DNA of 63,706 nucleotides, counting the filler, from Circinaria calcarea (Eukaryota), in NCBI GenBank assembly GCA_051942165.1. It is 4 parts of 4 records of this genome, joined end to end, with 100 filler letters (N's around TTAATTAATTAA, not from the genome) between each part and the next. Parts side by side here need not be neighbours in the genome. Positions count along the whole stretch, not along the records: positions 47,890 to 63,706 come from JAVECS010000349.1; 3 more parts are not named here. One strand, given 5' to 3'. How positions within the stretch are numbered: the first letter of the stretch is position 1; the number at the start of each line of letters is the position of its first letter. Shown piece after piece: positions 47,890 through 63,196 of this stretch. The position numbers and the translations under genes are program-made. Below the pieces are notes generated by a model that was given only the letters and a program-made list of their open reading frames with translations, was not told the DNA's origin and made no database searches.

Positions 47890-49118
47890 GCAGAGGGTGG
47901 AGAGGGAGGGAAGGGAGAGGGTGAGGATGGGCAGGAGGGTGGTGGAGGAGATTCGGGGTGTGGGTTTAGGGGCTGGTGCCGGAGAGGGAATAGAGATGAC
48001 GGGTTGGGGAGGTGGTAGAGCTGTTTTGGAGGGGGAAGAGAGAGAGACGGTATTGGATTGTTGAGTTGAAGGGTTGGAGGTAGTGGATTGAGGGCCGCGT
48101 TTTTTGGAAGGTGATGGGAGACCGGATATGACAGGAGGTGGGAGGTCAAGCCCCTCGGCCGCTTTGCGGGAAAGTTGGCGGGCGAAGTCGGAGGCGTGCC
48201 ACCATTCCAGAAATTTGAGCGCGAAGATGGAGGTGGGGAGGAGAATCTTGAGGCTGGAGAGGAGGCGAGGGAGGATTGCTGTGGCAAATGTGCGAGCGTT
48301 GAAGATGCTGGAGGTTTGCGGGAGGCCAGCGCGGGAGTTGGTGGATGGAGTAACAGGTCGTGATGCGAGAGCGATGGCACGATGGTCGGCTTCTCCTAGG
48401 CGTCGAATCCGTGTCCCGACAAGGTAGAGGAACGGGGAGGAGTATGGGGTGTTGGAAAAGAGGTATGCAAGGTTGAAAGCAAGGAGGGAGAAGTAGTAGG
48501 CTGCGTTTATGCTCGGGTAAATGGTTCGGAGGAACCACTTGTAATAATGCAGGATTCTCTGGCGGATTGTAGGATTCAGAGGGAGGTTATCGCGATTATA
48601 GCTTGGGCCGAGGATTATTGTTTGTGGTACATGGATATCATAGCTCTCATCGAGCTTGCGTTTGATATAGGGCAAACCAACCATGACGGCTAGGTTCTTC
48701 CAGAGGTCTTGCGATCGAAGCTTCAAGATCTCGCGCATGAGACCCGAAACGGCGATCCGGGCTCGAGGGGCGTCGCCGCTTTCTGTCCGCAGCACCCGCT
48801 CCCTTTTGAGGCCGTAGAAGTTCTCGGTGAAACCCCCACCATATGTCAGGAGGTAATGCCGTTCCACAACCAGCATGAGCAGGGCATATATCTCATCAAA
48901 AGAATTGAGGACGCGTAAAAGGTATCGAGGATGACGATGGGTGGCAACTGCCAGGAGATAACGCAAAGAAGGTGGGATGAGGGAGGAAAGCTGCTGCTCG
49001 GAGAGAAGTTCTGGATACGATCAGCGATACTCTCGATAGAACAAGAGTGACATTCCAGACCAAAGAGAGATGGCTTGTGGTCATCAATTCCACTCTGTAA
49101 GGTCGACATGAACTCCAT
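47890..49118 (-). CDS. PEX12: Peroxin 12 (partial; C-terminal RING cut off by the contig end)
   Basis: [61 protein letters not shown]; ends at the first RING Cys next to the gap. Confidence 0.95.
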
Positions 49119-49410
49119 TGGTTGGAAAGTGAGCACCGCGCTCTGAAGATCGTTCTGCTACCAAAGAGCACAACACGTCTACGAGGACCGAGGCCGTAGC
49201 TATGGCGTGCATAAATCGACTCTCGGGTGATCGTCGCTTAGTGCCCGACCTAAGCTTTCCCCAGATTCCGCGCCCAAGTTACTTTGCGTCATTTAAGCGC
49301 GTTTCAAAAGTGTGTGCTCGGGTGATTTATCAACGGGGCCGTTGATTATTCAAGAATCATCCGAACTCCACTCACCAACTTCTTCACATAATCTACACTA
49401 TCCTGGAGTT

Positions 49411-50303
49411 ATGGCAGATACCACGAGGGCACCGTCGGATCCCTGTGGGGACCCGGATGTTCCTACCAGCAGAAAGTCTTTCGTACCTTTAGGTAATGGG
49501 TTACCACCACTGAACAGGGTAGATTTAAACTAACCCTCTTATAGAAAATAACCCAGAAGTCATGTCCGAACTTTTACACCGCTTGGGACTCTCGAAATCA
49601 GTCGGTTTCCATGACGTATATAGTATCGATGACCCAGACCTCCTTGCTTTTGTCCCGAGGCCAGCATATGCTTTACTTCTCGTCTTCCCAGTTAGCGATA
49701 CATATGAAAGGTTCAGGCAGTCCGAAGATCAAGAAAAGACGGAGTATGAGGGCTCAGGCCCAGAAGAGCCGGTGATGTGGTTCAAGCAGACTATAAGAAA
49801 CGCATGTGGACTGATGGGGTTACTACACGGCGTAAGCAATGGACCCGTAAAGGAATTTATCGGTATGATACGGGTTAATCTTACCAGAGTAAACATTTAA
49901 GCTGACTGTTCATTCTCCAGCCCCTAAATCCGAGCTCTCGGAATTCTTGCAGCAGGCGACGCCTCTCAAACCAGTCGCGCGAGCGAATTTGCTATATGAT
50001 TCTCATGCATTCGAGTCGGCTCATCAATCTGCTGCTGCGAAAGGGGATTCGGCTGCACCAGCAGCTGAAGAGAAAGTCGATCTGCACTATGTATGCTTCG
50101 TCAAGTCCTTGGACGATAATCTATGGGAGCTGGACGGGCGAAGAAAGGGACCTCTAAAGCGTGGTAAATTGGGACCAGAAGAAGACGTCTTGAGCGAGAA
50201 AGCCTTATCACTAGGCGTCAAGAGCTTCCTGAAAAGGGAGGAGGAGGCTGGAGGAGGGGAACTGAGATTTAGCCTCATTGCGCTGGCTCAAAGCTTTGAA
50301 TGA
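49411..50303 (+). CDS. YUH1: Ubiquitin C-terminal hydrolase (peptidase C12, UCH-L3/Yuh1 type), 3 exons
   Basis: F.PL|ENNPEV, FHDVYS.D, LL.FP, catalytic KQTIRNACG, LHYVCFV, WELDGR, FSLIAL. Confidence 0.92.
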
Positions 50304-51195
50304 GGGTAACCATGATCGAGGATCTATTCATGACGTAACGAAAAGCATCACAGACAGATCGATACCCCGGATACTGCGAAGGCGGATCCACATTGTATAC
50401 GAAGGAATAGGCTGCTGGGAGGGATTGGTTCCATTAGGAGTCCTAAGCAATGGGCTGTACGGATCATTATGCTCGCAGGATCTGTATAAGATCTACTTTA
50501 AAAGCGCTTACGCGCAAGATTCGAGCGGGAGAGGACTCGGGGATTTCAACTTAGACGATAGAATGCCGCATAATTAAAAGGAATACTACTCGGCCATGAC
50601 GTGTCCTCGTATCTCTGATCAAGAAATAGATACGGCGGTGAAGATTGGCGTGGGATCAATATTGTAAGCTCATCCGCCCTCAGTATATTATATTGACCCT
50701 TCAGTGCATCTGGCAGCCCCCCCCCCCCCCCCCCTTCTTCTTCCCTTTCATCGATAGCATCTTATTAGTAAGTTCAGTTCGAGAGAGATGTAAGGATTTC
50801 ATAAAGTAGCGGGCCGGTACCAATGCTCCTTTGGACTTCTTCAATAGATCTAGGTAACCGTCGTGCTCGTTTATTCCTTGTCGAAGCAATGGGATCTTGC
50901 GGGTTCGGACGTACCTAGAGCTTCAACAGAGACCAATTGCTGCATGAAAGCTTTAAAGACAGAAGCGCTGAGAAAGGGAGGAAGCCGCATGAAAAGGAAC
51001 TCACAAGGCAAGAGGAAAATAACAGCCGCCCCTGAATGGGAGCATGCAGTGGTAAATGTCTCCTATGTCTCCTCACTAATCCAAGTCCTCCTCCACTACA
51101 TACACAAAATCTACACGAACCCACCGCATACCTCCCAGCACCCCCCGGGTATCAAAACTCCCACTCCCTTACCACCACCCACCAATTATAACAAA

Positions 51196-52551
51196 TTAAA
51201 CAAGGAATATCGGAATCTCACTGACGCTCGTTCGCCTGCCCTTCCCTTCTCGTTCCTCCTCTGCCGTCTTTACATTCAGGTTGGCTAATCTCCTCATCTT
51301 TCGCTTCGCAAAAGTTTCTTGTAACGGGGTTGGTCGCGGAAGGCCGTCGTAGAAGTCAAGGTCGTGAAGGGGCTTAGGCGGTTTCAGGATACTCCTTTTG
51401 AAAGGCTGGACCGAAGCTGGGTCAGATTTGGTGGAGAATTTAGGAAGAGGGTGGAGATTGGTTGTCCGAAGGGCGGAGGGTTCGGGAAGGGTAGGCAGAG
51501 GAATGTTTGTTGTCGTCGGTGTTTTGGGGTTCGGTGGCCGTTTTTTGGTGATGGGACGACTATTGTTCTCCTGCATAGTATTCTGAGTCGACGCTCTGCT
51601 GGAATTTGTGGTTTGATGCTTCTTGCGAATGACAGGAGCGTCAAGATCGTCGTCGTCTTCGGAGGTGGTAACATCATCTTGGTCATTGACAGGATCCGGT
51701 GGTACTGACGACTTCTCCATCGTAGTCCCAGCTTTGAAAGAGGCTACATCGTAAGCCCTAGCGCCCTGAGACGACCGGACTTCGGCCTTTGAATATCCTG
51801 CCGCCGCTCTAGTGCTTGATCTGACGCCTTCAATCCCTGTTAATGAGGTTTGATTCCTGCTTGGACTTGTCATCAAGCCTTGTAAGGTCGTCCCTGCCCA
51901 TGGATCATTGTCATTCGCAACCTCCGGTTCAGACTCGTCCTCACTTTCCGTCCTTGGTCGCCCAGCTTGCGCTCTAATTTGGTCTAATGCTTTACTTTGC
52001 TTCATAGTTTTGGCCTCAGCTTCTTTCTTCTTCCGTGTCTCCTCCCGCATGGTGGTAATTGAGTCAGTGGGTCGTGATATAGCGCTGATGGCTGTAGCAT
52101 TCTTATCTTTTGCTCGGTTCTTCATGCGTACATACTCGGCATGGTGGAGGTGCTGTGTGAAGGATCGAGCTACGGCTTGAAATTCGTCCTCGACCATGAT
52201 ATAGATATCGTCATGGCTGAGGCCTTCGTGCATAAATCTAAGACGGGTTCAGTATGAGTGTCAGGAGGTAGCGTGCTCTTGGACAGACTCTTCGGTAGGA
52301 GGCGCAGGGGGCGGCGAGGTTGAAGGTGTACGATCTAGAGTGGGTATAAGCAGAATATTGGGGAAAGCGTTCAATTACTACTCACCTGGTCGCAAAATGG
52401 CTTTCCGCCTTGGACTTGAGAGCCCTGTGGTGGAGGGCGCATCACTATCCGAATCCGGAGCGGGGAGTCTTTGACGTTTATTGGGTTTTGGGCGAGCAGC
52501 GGGAGTTGATGCCCTGGTTGGGTCCTTCAGCCATGGCAATGTCCTTGCCAT
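51196..52551 (-). CDS. Uncharacterised fungal protein, multi-exon
   Basis: MARTLPWL start, RTPSTSPPP exon, GLSHDDIYIMVEDEF..A..FT.HLH.AEY block, C-terminal IPIFLV; GT-AG introns. Confidence 0.8.
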
Positions 52552-52824
52552 GCTTGTGAAAAGGTAGTTGTCCGACGGTGCAGGGAAGAATGATCCAGGA
52601 TTGAATGTACATTCAGGGAACGGGGGTGGAGGATCGCGGAGGGAAATTAGGGCTGGATATCTAGCGAGATATGATATTGACACAATCGAATGAACCTACT
52701 CTCTACACTGAGGGTAGGCTCAAATCCGAGTAGTGAGCCCTGTTAAGACGATCTCTTTGCCACTCATTTATCACAGTATAGCCCCTCGGTTAGCAGGAAA
52801 GGTGTTGAAGCAAAATTTTCTGCA

Positions 52825-53885
52825 ATGGAGAGCTCCGAAGCTGCAGAGGCCTTGATACCGCGCTTCGAGCTTGAGAGTATCCTCAATCAAGGTCAGTAGA
52901 GACTCCTTCCAAGCCCCAGACGGTAATAATAAATCATTCTCAGACCAGGCTGGCCGACGCATCACCCTCCTCGGCACAATTGACTCACGTCCCGCTCTTC
53001 TCACATTCGAGCGCGCCGCTTTCCCCAGCGCTCCGGAGGCCCTTCGATTGTTCCACTCCTTACTGACAAACATCGCTAATCTCGGAGCCAACGACATCTA
53101 TGCCTGGTATTTGGCTTCCGTCAAACCTTCAGACAATGCAGCACCAGACTTGAAATTAAACCTTATCTACCCCTGCACAGAGGCTCATATCAAAAAGTAC
53201 TCTCCTCAACTTGTCCGAGTTGTAACCGAAACGCCGGAGATATATAAGCAATACGTTCGCCCTTATATACAACGCAAGCGGGAAGAAGGCCGCTTGAACT
53301 GGGTATTCAACATCATCGAAGGACGTACCGAGCAAGAGGATGTGATATTCCGTGACACTCAAAACCCGGGACACGACGAGGAGGGCTTCTTACTCCTTCC
53401 GGATATGAACTGGGACCGAAAGACCCTTACTAGCTTACGCCTTTTGGGCCTCGTAGAACGTCGAGACGTTTGGAGTCTTCGTGATCTCAACAAATCTCAC
53501 GTGGGTTGGTTGCAACGGGTCAGAGAAAAAATCATCGATTCAGTGGTGAGCATCTACTCGGGCGTCGAAAAAGATATGCTGAAACTCTACATTCACTGTA
53601 TGGCCCTCCTTTCCAAAAGTTGAGAGGCAAGCTAACATGGATTTGTTAGATCAACCAACTTACTATCACCTCCACATTCATGTCATCCATGCTCACCTCG
53701 AGCCCAATGCTACCCAAGCCGTAGGTAAAGCCTTCGGTCTCGAAAACCTCATCTCTCAACTTGAGGCCATGTCCGGGGATTCCAAAGCTGGAATGTCCGA
53801 TGTCTCCCTGACCTATGTGATCGGCGAAGCACACGACTTGTGGAATGAGGTCTTCCTTCCCTTGAAAGAAGGCAGGAAAATTTAA
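52825..53885 (+). CDS. DCS1: m7GpppX scavenger decapping enzyme (DcpS, HIT family), 3 exons
   Basis: NDIY.W, NLIYPCTE.HI.KY, ETP..Y, WV.NI, LLPD.NWD, SLRDL, HY|QPTYYHLHIH HIT motif. Confidence 0.95.
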
Positions 53886-55126
53886 TACTGCAGGGAAAAC
53901 AAGGAAGACTATAGTCGTCCTTTGTGCAAAGAAAACTTTGCATCATCGATCATATCCGAAACGGGACATTTAAGTCTCAAATGAGTCTTTACCGACCCAA
54001 GGTAGGTCGTTCCAATCACTCTACACGAGTGAACAGGCCTCCATAGCCTCCTGCAGATGAATCCTGCAGGACAGAGTACACTCTGTACTTTCCAGGTCTA
54101 TCAGACTCGGTAGACTAGAATCAGGCCTAGTCTCCCCACGCTTCAACCGTCCGGGCCGCTTTCGGTCGGGTTGTACGTGGCTGGGTGGCAGCAGTGAGTC
54201 CTTAACTTCTTGGCAATTTCAACATGCCCACGACCGCATGCTATTTCTTACTTTGACCTCATTACATTCCGTCCCTCACGCTTAGATCAGGGACCACTCT
54301 TGATCTTTCGACAGACGGATCAGGCATGCTATTCAATATAACTTGACCGCGGACGAAATAGAAGCCTATGATCGTTTTCGGGTTTTCTTGGCAGCGGGAA
54401 CATGCCTGTCTTTCTACCAATCTAATGTACACGGAGTAGCTACCTTACCTAATCCACTCACCATCATCCCAGAACGCACATTTCACTCGTGGGTCCTTCT
54501 CTTCCAAGTGCGTGACGTAGTCTTCAATCGATCATGATAAATGCAATCCCATCCGCGACTCAATCAATCAAATACTAAACGCCCAACCAAGCCTCTCCTC
54601 TCCTCTCCTCTCCGCTCTACCTATCCATCTATGCATCCTTCCATCGCCACCCTAACCATCTCCTCTCCCCTCCTCTTTTCCTGCCTTTCCTTCCACTCCC
54701 TACCCAGAAACCAAGAAACACCCGCACCCCGCACCGCACCGCACCACAAACCGGAGAAGAAATCCCAAACTAAGTTCATGCAACCTGACCAGTGGGGGGA
54801 AAAGGAGATTCTGAGTTGGGTCGTGTTTTTTAGAGAATAGCTAGAGGTGGGAAAGAAGAGAAAAGTTCTTCGAGGGAAAGATGTTGTGCACGGACGGCTA
54901 GAGTTGCATGAAGGTCAGAATAGAGAATAGATGATGGATGAAAAAAGGACTGGATGTCTGAGTGTTTGATATGTACTGGCAGTAAGCTACTAGCAGGATG
55001 AGTACCTACTTCAAAGCACTTCCTCCTTTCATCCACCAGTTCCGTCCGTAAGAGAAGAGGGTATGAATGTGCAGTTATCTGCTCAAGAGCAAAGTGGCCC
55101 CAACAAGCCCTCCTCGCATCCAATCC

Positions 55127-57759
<2,633 letters not shown>

Positions 57760-58088
57760 CTTTGCGGTTGGAGGACAGAATCAAATCTCGTAGTGACACC
57801 GTTATTTGATAGTAGCGCTTTAAATAACTATCAAATGGGAATAGTTGGTAGTTCTGGAAGTGAATTTCCAATAAATCATAAATTCTACCTCTTCAATTTC
57901 AGATGACTAATAGTGTCAGCCTTACAGGGAAGCTTCCCCGGTGACCTCAGTGGTCTCTCAAGTTCCTATGACGTGTTGAGACCTTAGAACATCGAGGCTC
58001 AAGGAGCTGATGTCTATCTTGTATCTAAAGTGGCTCTTCTTATCTGCGTTGTTCAGATCCTGAGGTGTCAAGATTTGAAAGGTGTACA

Positions 58089-58480
58089 ATGTTGAGGAGA
58101 ACCGTGTTCGCTCTACGCCAACCAGTGATATCAAGCGTCAGTCGTCTACGTGGAGTCAGGGCTTCCTCCACCGAAAGCTCAAGTACGGGTACACTCCTAG
58201 TTTATACCTGGAATAGACAGTTGATTCTTTCCAAGCAACTTCATCACAGGCGACATCATCTGCCCTTTCTGATCAACAGAGACCAACGGGAGATGCCAAT
58301 CCGCCGAAAGATGGAGAAGTCAAAACGAGACGCAAGACCATGGCCGAGTTAGACGAGGAGCTACGATTGAAGTTGGAGGGGATATCAGGCGACGGCGGTG
58401 CGGCAGGGTTGGAGCTGGAGGACGGGAAGCCGGTGGCTATGAAGAGGAGTGTGAAGAGTAATATGTTCCGTCTGATATAA
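58089..58480 (+). CDS. Small putative mitochondrial protein, 2 exons
   Basis: Arg/Ser-rich presequence-like N-terminus (MLRRTVFALRQ...VRASS). After one intron the frame gives KTMAELDEELRLKLEGISGDGG.AG.ELEDGKPVAMKRSVKSNMFRLI*. Confidence 0.8.
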
Positions 58481-58961
58481 AAAATAATGAATTATGCAAC
58501 TATGGATTCCAACATATGATGAGAAATGACAGGCGTTGTAGAGTATTTGTACTGCTATAAGAGTGTAAAACTCCTATCGGTCTCTCAAGACTTGGTGTCG
58601 AGTGATTTCGAGTAGCTAATCCTGCAACCAGGTCTCCCTTGTCACACGACTGGCAGATTGATGCAAGTTTCCTATGCTCACATCGTCGACATGAACGGTT
58701 TTCTACACGCAACTCAGGGTGAGGAAGATTGAATATGGGAGCGAATTATCAGGAGCAGAGTATACCATATCAAAGTGGGAGCAAGCTTAGGCAAATCACT
58801 TATCAGGAGTGTCAGGCATCAAGTCCATGGTGTAGCAAAGTTTGTCATCATTGAGCACAGAAGCAACGTGCGTATCTATCCAGTAGTACGATACAGATTC
58901 CCCGTTTCCATCATTTCTCACATACACAACCACTGCCATTGCTTTGCAGTGCGCTTCCTCA

Positions 58962-60598
58962 CTAAACCTCCATCGTCAAAGTCGCCGTATCAGGATCATG
59001 CATACCTGTCGTGGGAGCGGAGTCTCGATATTTCGGATCTTCCTCTTTCAGGTGTCCATGCAATTTCAAGCGATACAGACAGACGTGGTCACTATCTCCC
59101 CAATTCGACACTACCCTAACTGCAACTTGGTTTGTCTTAACTCCAAAGTGTTCGAGATCGATAGGAACCCTTAGTGTTTGAATGTGGCGTTTACCGAAGA
59201 GATCGTATCTCCCCATACCAATACGGATCCAAGACTCATCGAGAGCTCTATTCGCCTGGAATCTGTCTGCATTGCGTTCCAGTTCGGAAGGTTGGGTCTC
59301 TTCGTACGGCAATAGACTGAACATTGCATTAGTGACAGCCTCGCGTTTCATCGGATCGTTGATCTGAGCCCACAACTCGATACCCCTGGGAGCTGAACCG
59401 GAGTCGAGGGTTGCGCCTTTAGGGATGTGTTCGATCACTAGCTCTGTAGGAGTGATGGTACGAGGGAGCAAGACGGCGAGCTGTAACTTGCCTCCAGAAT
59501 TTTCGGCGTTTCGTGGTGCGCACCAGCAATCGCCAATGTCATCCCATGGCCCTAGGGCTTCGATCGGAGGAGGGCTGACAGGCAGATTGAGACGAAAAGC
59601 ACTGTAGATGAACCATTTCTTCCAGCTCAAGGTGCTGACGATCTGCTTTGTTGGCGATGTGAGATAAGGATTCACGACAGCACCTAGTCCCGCGGAGAAG
59701 TAGTTGACTTCGTGTTGCTTATCGTATTCAAGATCAAACGCCAGGGAGCGGTATGCGTTTTCCAGATACTCTATCCGACTCGAGAGATACTTGTAGTCCG
59801 AGGTACTGACGCTTGGGAAGCTGGCCAATGGAATGCCATTGTCAGGGAAGTTTGCCGTGGTGTTTTGTTGTTGGGGCAGGTACGGTTTCTCTGGTTGGGC
59901 CGTCATCACCTTCCATGCGACGGTCGAGACAAGAACCACGATGGTGAGTAACATCATCGTCCAAACTACATCCATGACAGTATCCCAGCTAGGAATCCAT
60001 GCAGGCAACCAGCTATGCGCCGGGGTCGGTGATCGCGAAGAACGCCCGCTAAGTGCGCGGGTACGTCGGGCTGGCTCGGTACCCGTGGCTTGACCTATGA
60101 CACTGTCAGTACCAAACTCCTTGATGAGGGTTTACCAAGCTTCTTGGAAAACATACCTTGGGTGCCGCTAGGTTCAGCGTCCCCATCGTCAACATTCTCA
60201 TTCTCTTCCCCGTCCTTACTGCCGTCGTCTTTCTCGTCCACGGCCGTCAGGGTCTTGGTCTGACGTTTTCTCGCCTTCCAAATCCCAGCGTCGATCGCCG
60301 CCCCAGGTGCCTGGGTGGGCACCTGGGTGCCAAGTGGGTCTGGTGTTACGGCTTTGCTGGGCGAGCCGTACGCAAAAGATTCTACTGGCGGCACCGAAGG
60401 ACGATCTCCAGCCGCCCTTGCCGAGGATGAGCGGGTGTGCACTCTTGGCGCCATCTCTACGTCCGCTTCAACACTCTCAAGAATTGAGGCACCCCGTCCA
60501 GCACGACGAGCTGCTGCCCCGGCACCGGTGTTAGTATTGTCGACTCTGCCAGCAGAGTCAGAAATGGCACGGCTAGTCGATCTAGTGTGCACGACCAT
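58962..60598 (-). CDS. SUN-domain (Sad1/UNC-84-like) nuclear envelope protein, 2 exons
   Basis: Disordered basic N-terminus, one TM, short coiled coil, SUN motifs VNYFS..LGA, W.D.GDCWC, VIEHIP, SAPR.IELW, NWG....CLYR.KLHG. Confidence 0.88.
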
Positions 60599-61353
60599 TT
60601 TGAGAGGTGAGAATGTGGTTTGGGGTAAGATTGGGGATGGGAAAAATGATAGGCTTTCCAGAAGCTCGAAGAAGATGCAAAGTGTGCAAATGTGTGAGAT
60701 GTTAAAAGTGTACAGCTGTGAAGATGGGAAAGTATGTAGGTGTGAAAGAAGGTGTAGAAGTTGAAGATGTCGAATACTGCAAAGCGGGCTTGTGTGGTAT
60801 GAAGAAGAAGAGGAGGAGGAAGCAGGAAGACGAGCTCACTTTTATACCCAAGCCTGCAAGCTAGTCGACCTCAATGGCTGGCAATGGTAGCTACTCTACC
60901 CTATTGACCCAAAAACCTAGACCCACACGTATGACTCCTTACTCCAATGGCTTTCCACAGTGAATTCCACGACAATAGACTTCCAAATTGTTTAGCGTAT
61001 GATCGCCGAGGACCGTAGCGGTAACGCTCAGCAATTGGATTCGCTGCTCTATCACTCGAATACAAGGCACGAATAAATGTAGTTGATTCTCGCAGTCGCG
61101 AAGACAATGGGGATGGTTTTATTAGGCATCTAGAAAGCGTTTGCTTTGTCTCTGACCTCTACGACTCATACGATCGGAGTGTTCAAATCTCGGCCGCTGG
61201 AATGCACTGCAAACGTCGAGGGGTTCGCATCGCATCGTGTTGACGCTTTCTTTGTTTACGGCAACACTTTTTTAAACAATCGTATTCCCTGACGTTCGCG
61301 TTCAAGCGGCAAGCGTCTAACCGCGCTTAGGAAATAAGCTAGAAAGCTCAATG

Positions 61354-61517
61354 AGCGTCAAATGCGTTTAAGAGGTGGCTGGGACGTTTCACAAAGCGTC
61401 AATTACCGCTTTCGAGGAGGCTGGGTGTTTCACGGAGCGTCAGTAGCGTTTGGAGGGGAGGCTGGGGTGTTTCAGGTATACGTCAATTGCGTTTAGAGGG
61501 GAGGCTGGGACGTTTCA
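61354..61517 (+). repeat. ~41-bp imperfect tandem repeat, 4 copies
   Basis: Unit approximately AGCGTCAATTGCGTTTAGAGGGGAGGCTGGGACGTTTCA, repeated four times with substitutions. Confidence 0.85.
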
Positions 61518-62075
61518 AGAGGTTCCGACTTGCTTATTGTTCGAGAGAACCTTCATAGTCTGCATCCGCCCGTGATGCCGTACTACGATTGTAGGGGTCC
61601 CGAAACCAGTTTGGGTTCACCAGTGGCAAATACCGTGGACGATTTAAGAAATCATATATATACGTAGATATCTCACAACGCAGCAAAATGAGTCGGCTAA
61701 ACCGACATTTGAACTCCGTTGACACTGTGAAGCCCGTAGAGGTGAGGACTGCGCTTTATCACGGTGCCTTTGATAGCTCCAAAGTACCTAGGAGCGAAAT
61801 TATTAATTGCCTGTGCATGGCTTTTACCTCGGTACTGTTACCATACCGCATTTGGACACTGACATCATGCTGTCAAAGATTAGGTACTGGTACGCAAGTA
61901 GCCGAGGCTGCAAAATAATCAGGTGTACCAAAGTATCATATGAAGTTGTATGGCATTCTACTTTCTGAACCATACTGAAATGAATGAACCTTCCTTATTA
62001 AACACGTTTTAATCGTTTTCCCCTCATCTATACGGCCTACAAAACACCTGCGGTATAATAGTATACCTATTCTAC

Positions 62076-63196
62076 ATGGCGGAAAAGCCCAACCCAAAAC
62101 ATTTCGATGCTGTCAGAAAAGACATAGTGAAGCTACTTCATCAGCCAGAGTATGATGATGGCAGTGCTGGACCCGTACTCGTGAGATTAGCTTGGTAGGT
62201 CCCTATTCAGCCCGTTTGCTCCGTGAGGGTTGACTGTAATCAATCCAATCTCCGCAACAAGTTTAACAGTGGACATAGGCACTCTTCTGGCACGTATGAC
62301 GAAGAGACAGACACCGGTGGCTCCAATGGTGCAGGGATGCGGTATGAGGCAGAGGGAGGAGATCCCGCGAACGCCGGTCTCCAGCATGCAAGGGTCTTTC
62401 TCGAAGCAGTCCGTACACGTTCAGTGAAGCTCTTTGATAGGTGCTGACACCGGTGGCATAGGTAAAAGCCAAGCATCCCTGGATAACATATGCGGATTTA
62501 TGGACATTAGCAGGTGTAGTGGCCATTCACGAGATGGGCGGACCCGACATCGAATGGAAAGGCGGCCGAACAGATTATGTGGATGATTCCAAACTACCTC
62601 CTCGAGGCAGACTCCCAGATGGCGCCCAAGGGAGTGATCATTTGCGCCACGTCTTCGGCAGGATGGGTTTCAGCGACCAAGAGATCGTGGCTTTGAGTGG
62701 TGCACATAACCTGGGAAGGTGTCACAGCGACAGATCAGGATTCCATGGAGCTTGGGTGCACAATCCTACAAGGTTTAGCAACCAGTATTTTCGACTCTTG
62801 GGCTCTCTCCAATGGTCAAAGAAGAAGCTGCCGAATGGTGTCGAGCAGTTCATGCATTATGACGAAGACATGGACACGGAGCTCATGATGCTTCCGACAG
62901 ATATGGCTCTTCAAAGCGATCCGCATTTTTCTCCATGGGTGAAGAAATACGCAGATGACAAGGAGGCTTTCTTCAGGGATTTCGCAGCTGCATTTGCAAA
63001 ATTACTCGAACTAGGGATCCAGAGAGATGCGGATGGGAACATCACCAATGTCGACAATGAAAAGGGTGGCTACCATGCAGCGCCTAAGAAGAGTCGCATA
63101 CCTGGTCTCCCAAACAAGACGAGTGATGATTCGGTAGATGTTTCGGAGGCCGAACCGCTGGCGAAGGAGAATAAAGCTTTCAGAGCAAGATTGTAG
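62076..63196 (+). CDS. Class I heme peroxidase (cytochrome c peroxidase-like, no mitochondrial presequence), 3 exons
   Basis: [22 protein letters not shown] (distal R/W/H), [30 protein letters not shown] (proximal His), MMLPTD, KLLELG; ends in ARL. Confidence 0.95.

Noticed and set aside
54279..54292. GCTTAGATCA resembling U2 snRNA
   Set aside because: Lacks the following AGTGTAGTA branch-pairing sequence and an Sm site.
61354..61517. CRISPR-like array
   Set aside because: The whole unit is degenerate-repeated with no unique spacers, there are no cas genes, and the context is eukaryotic.
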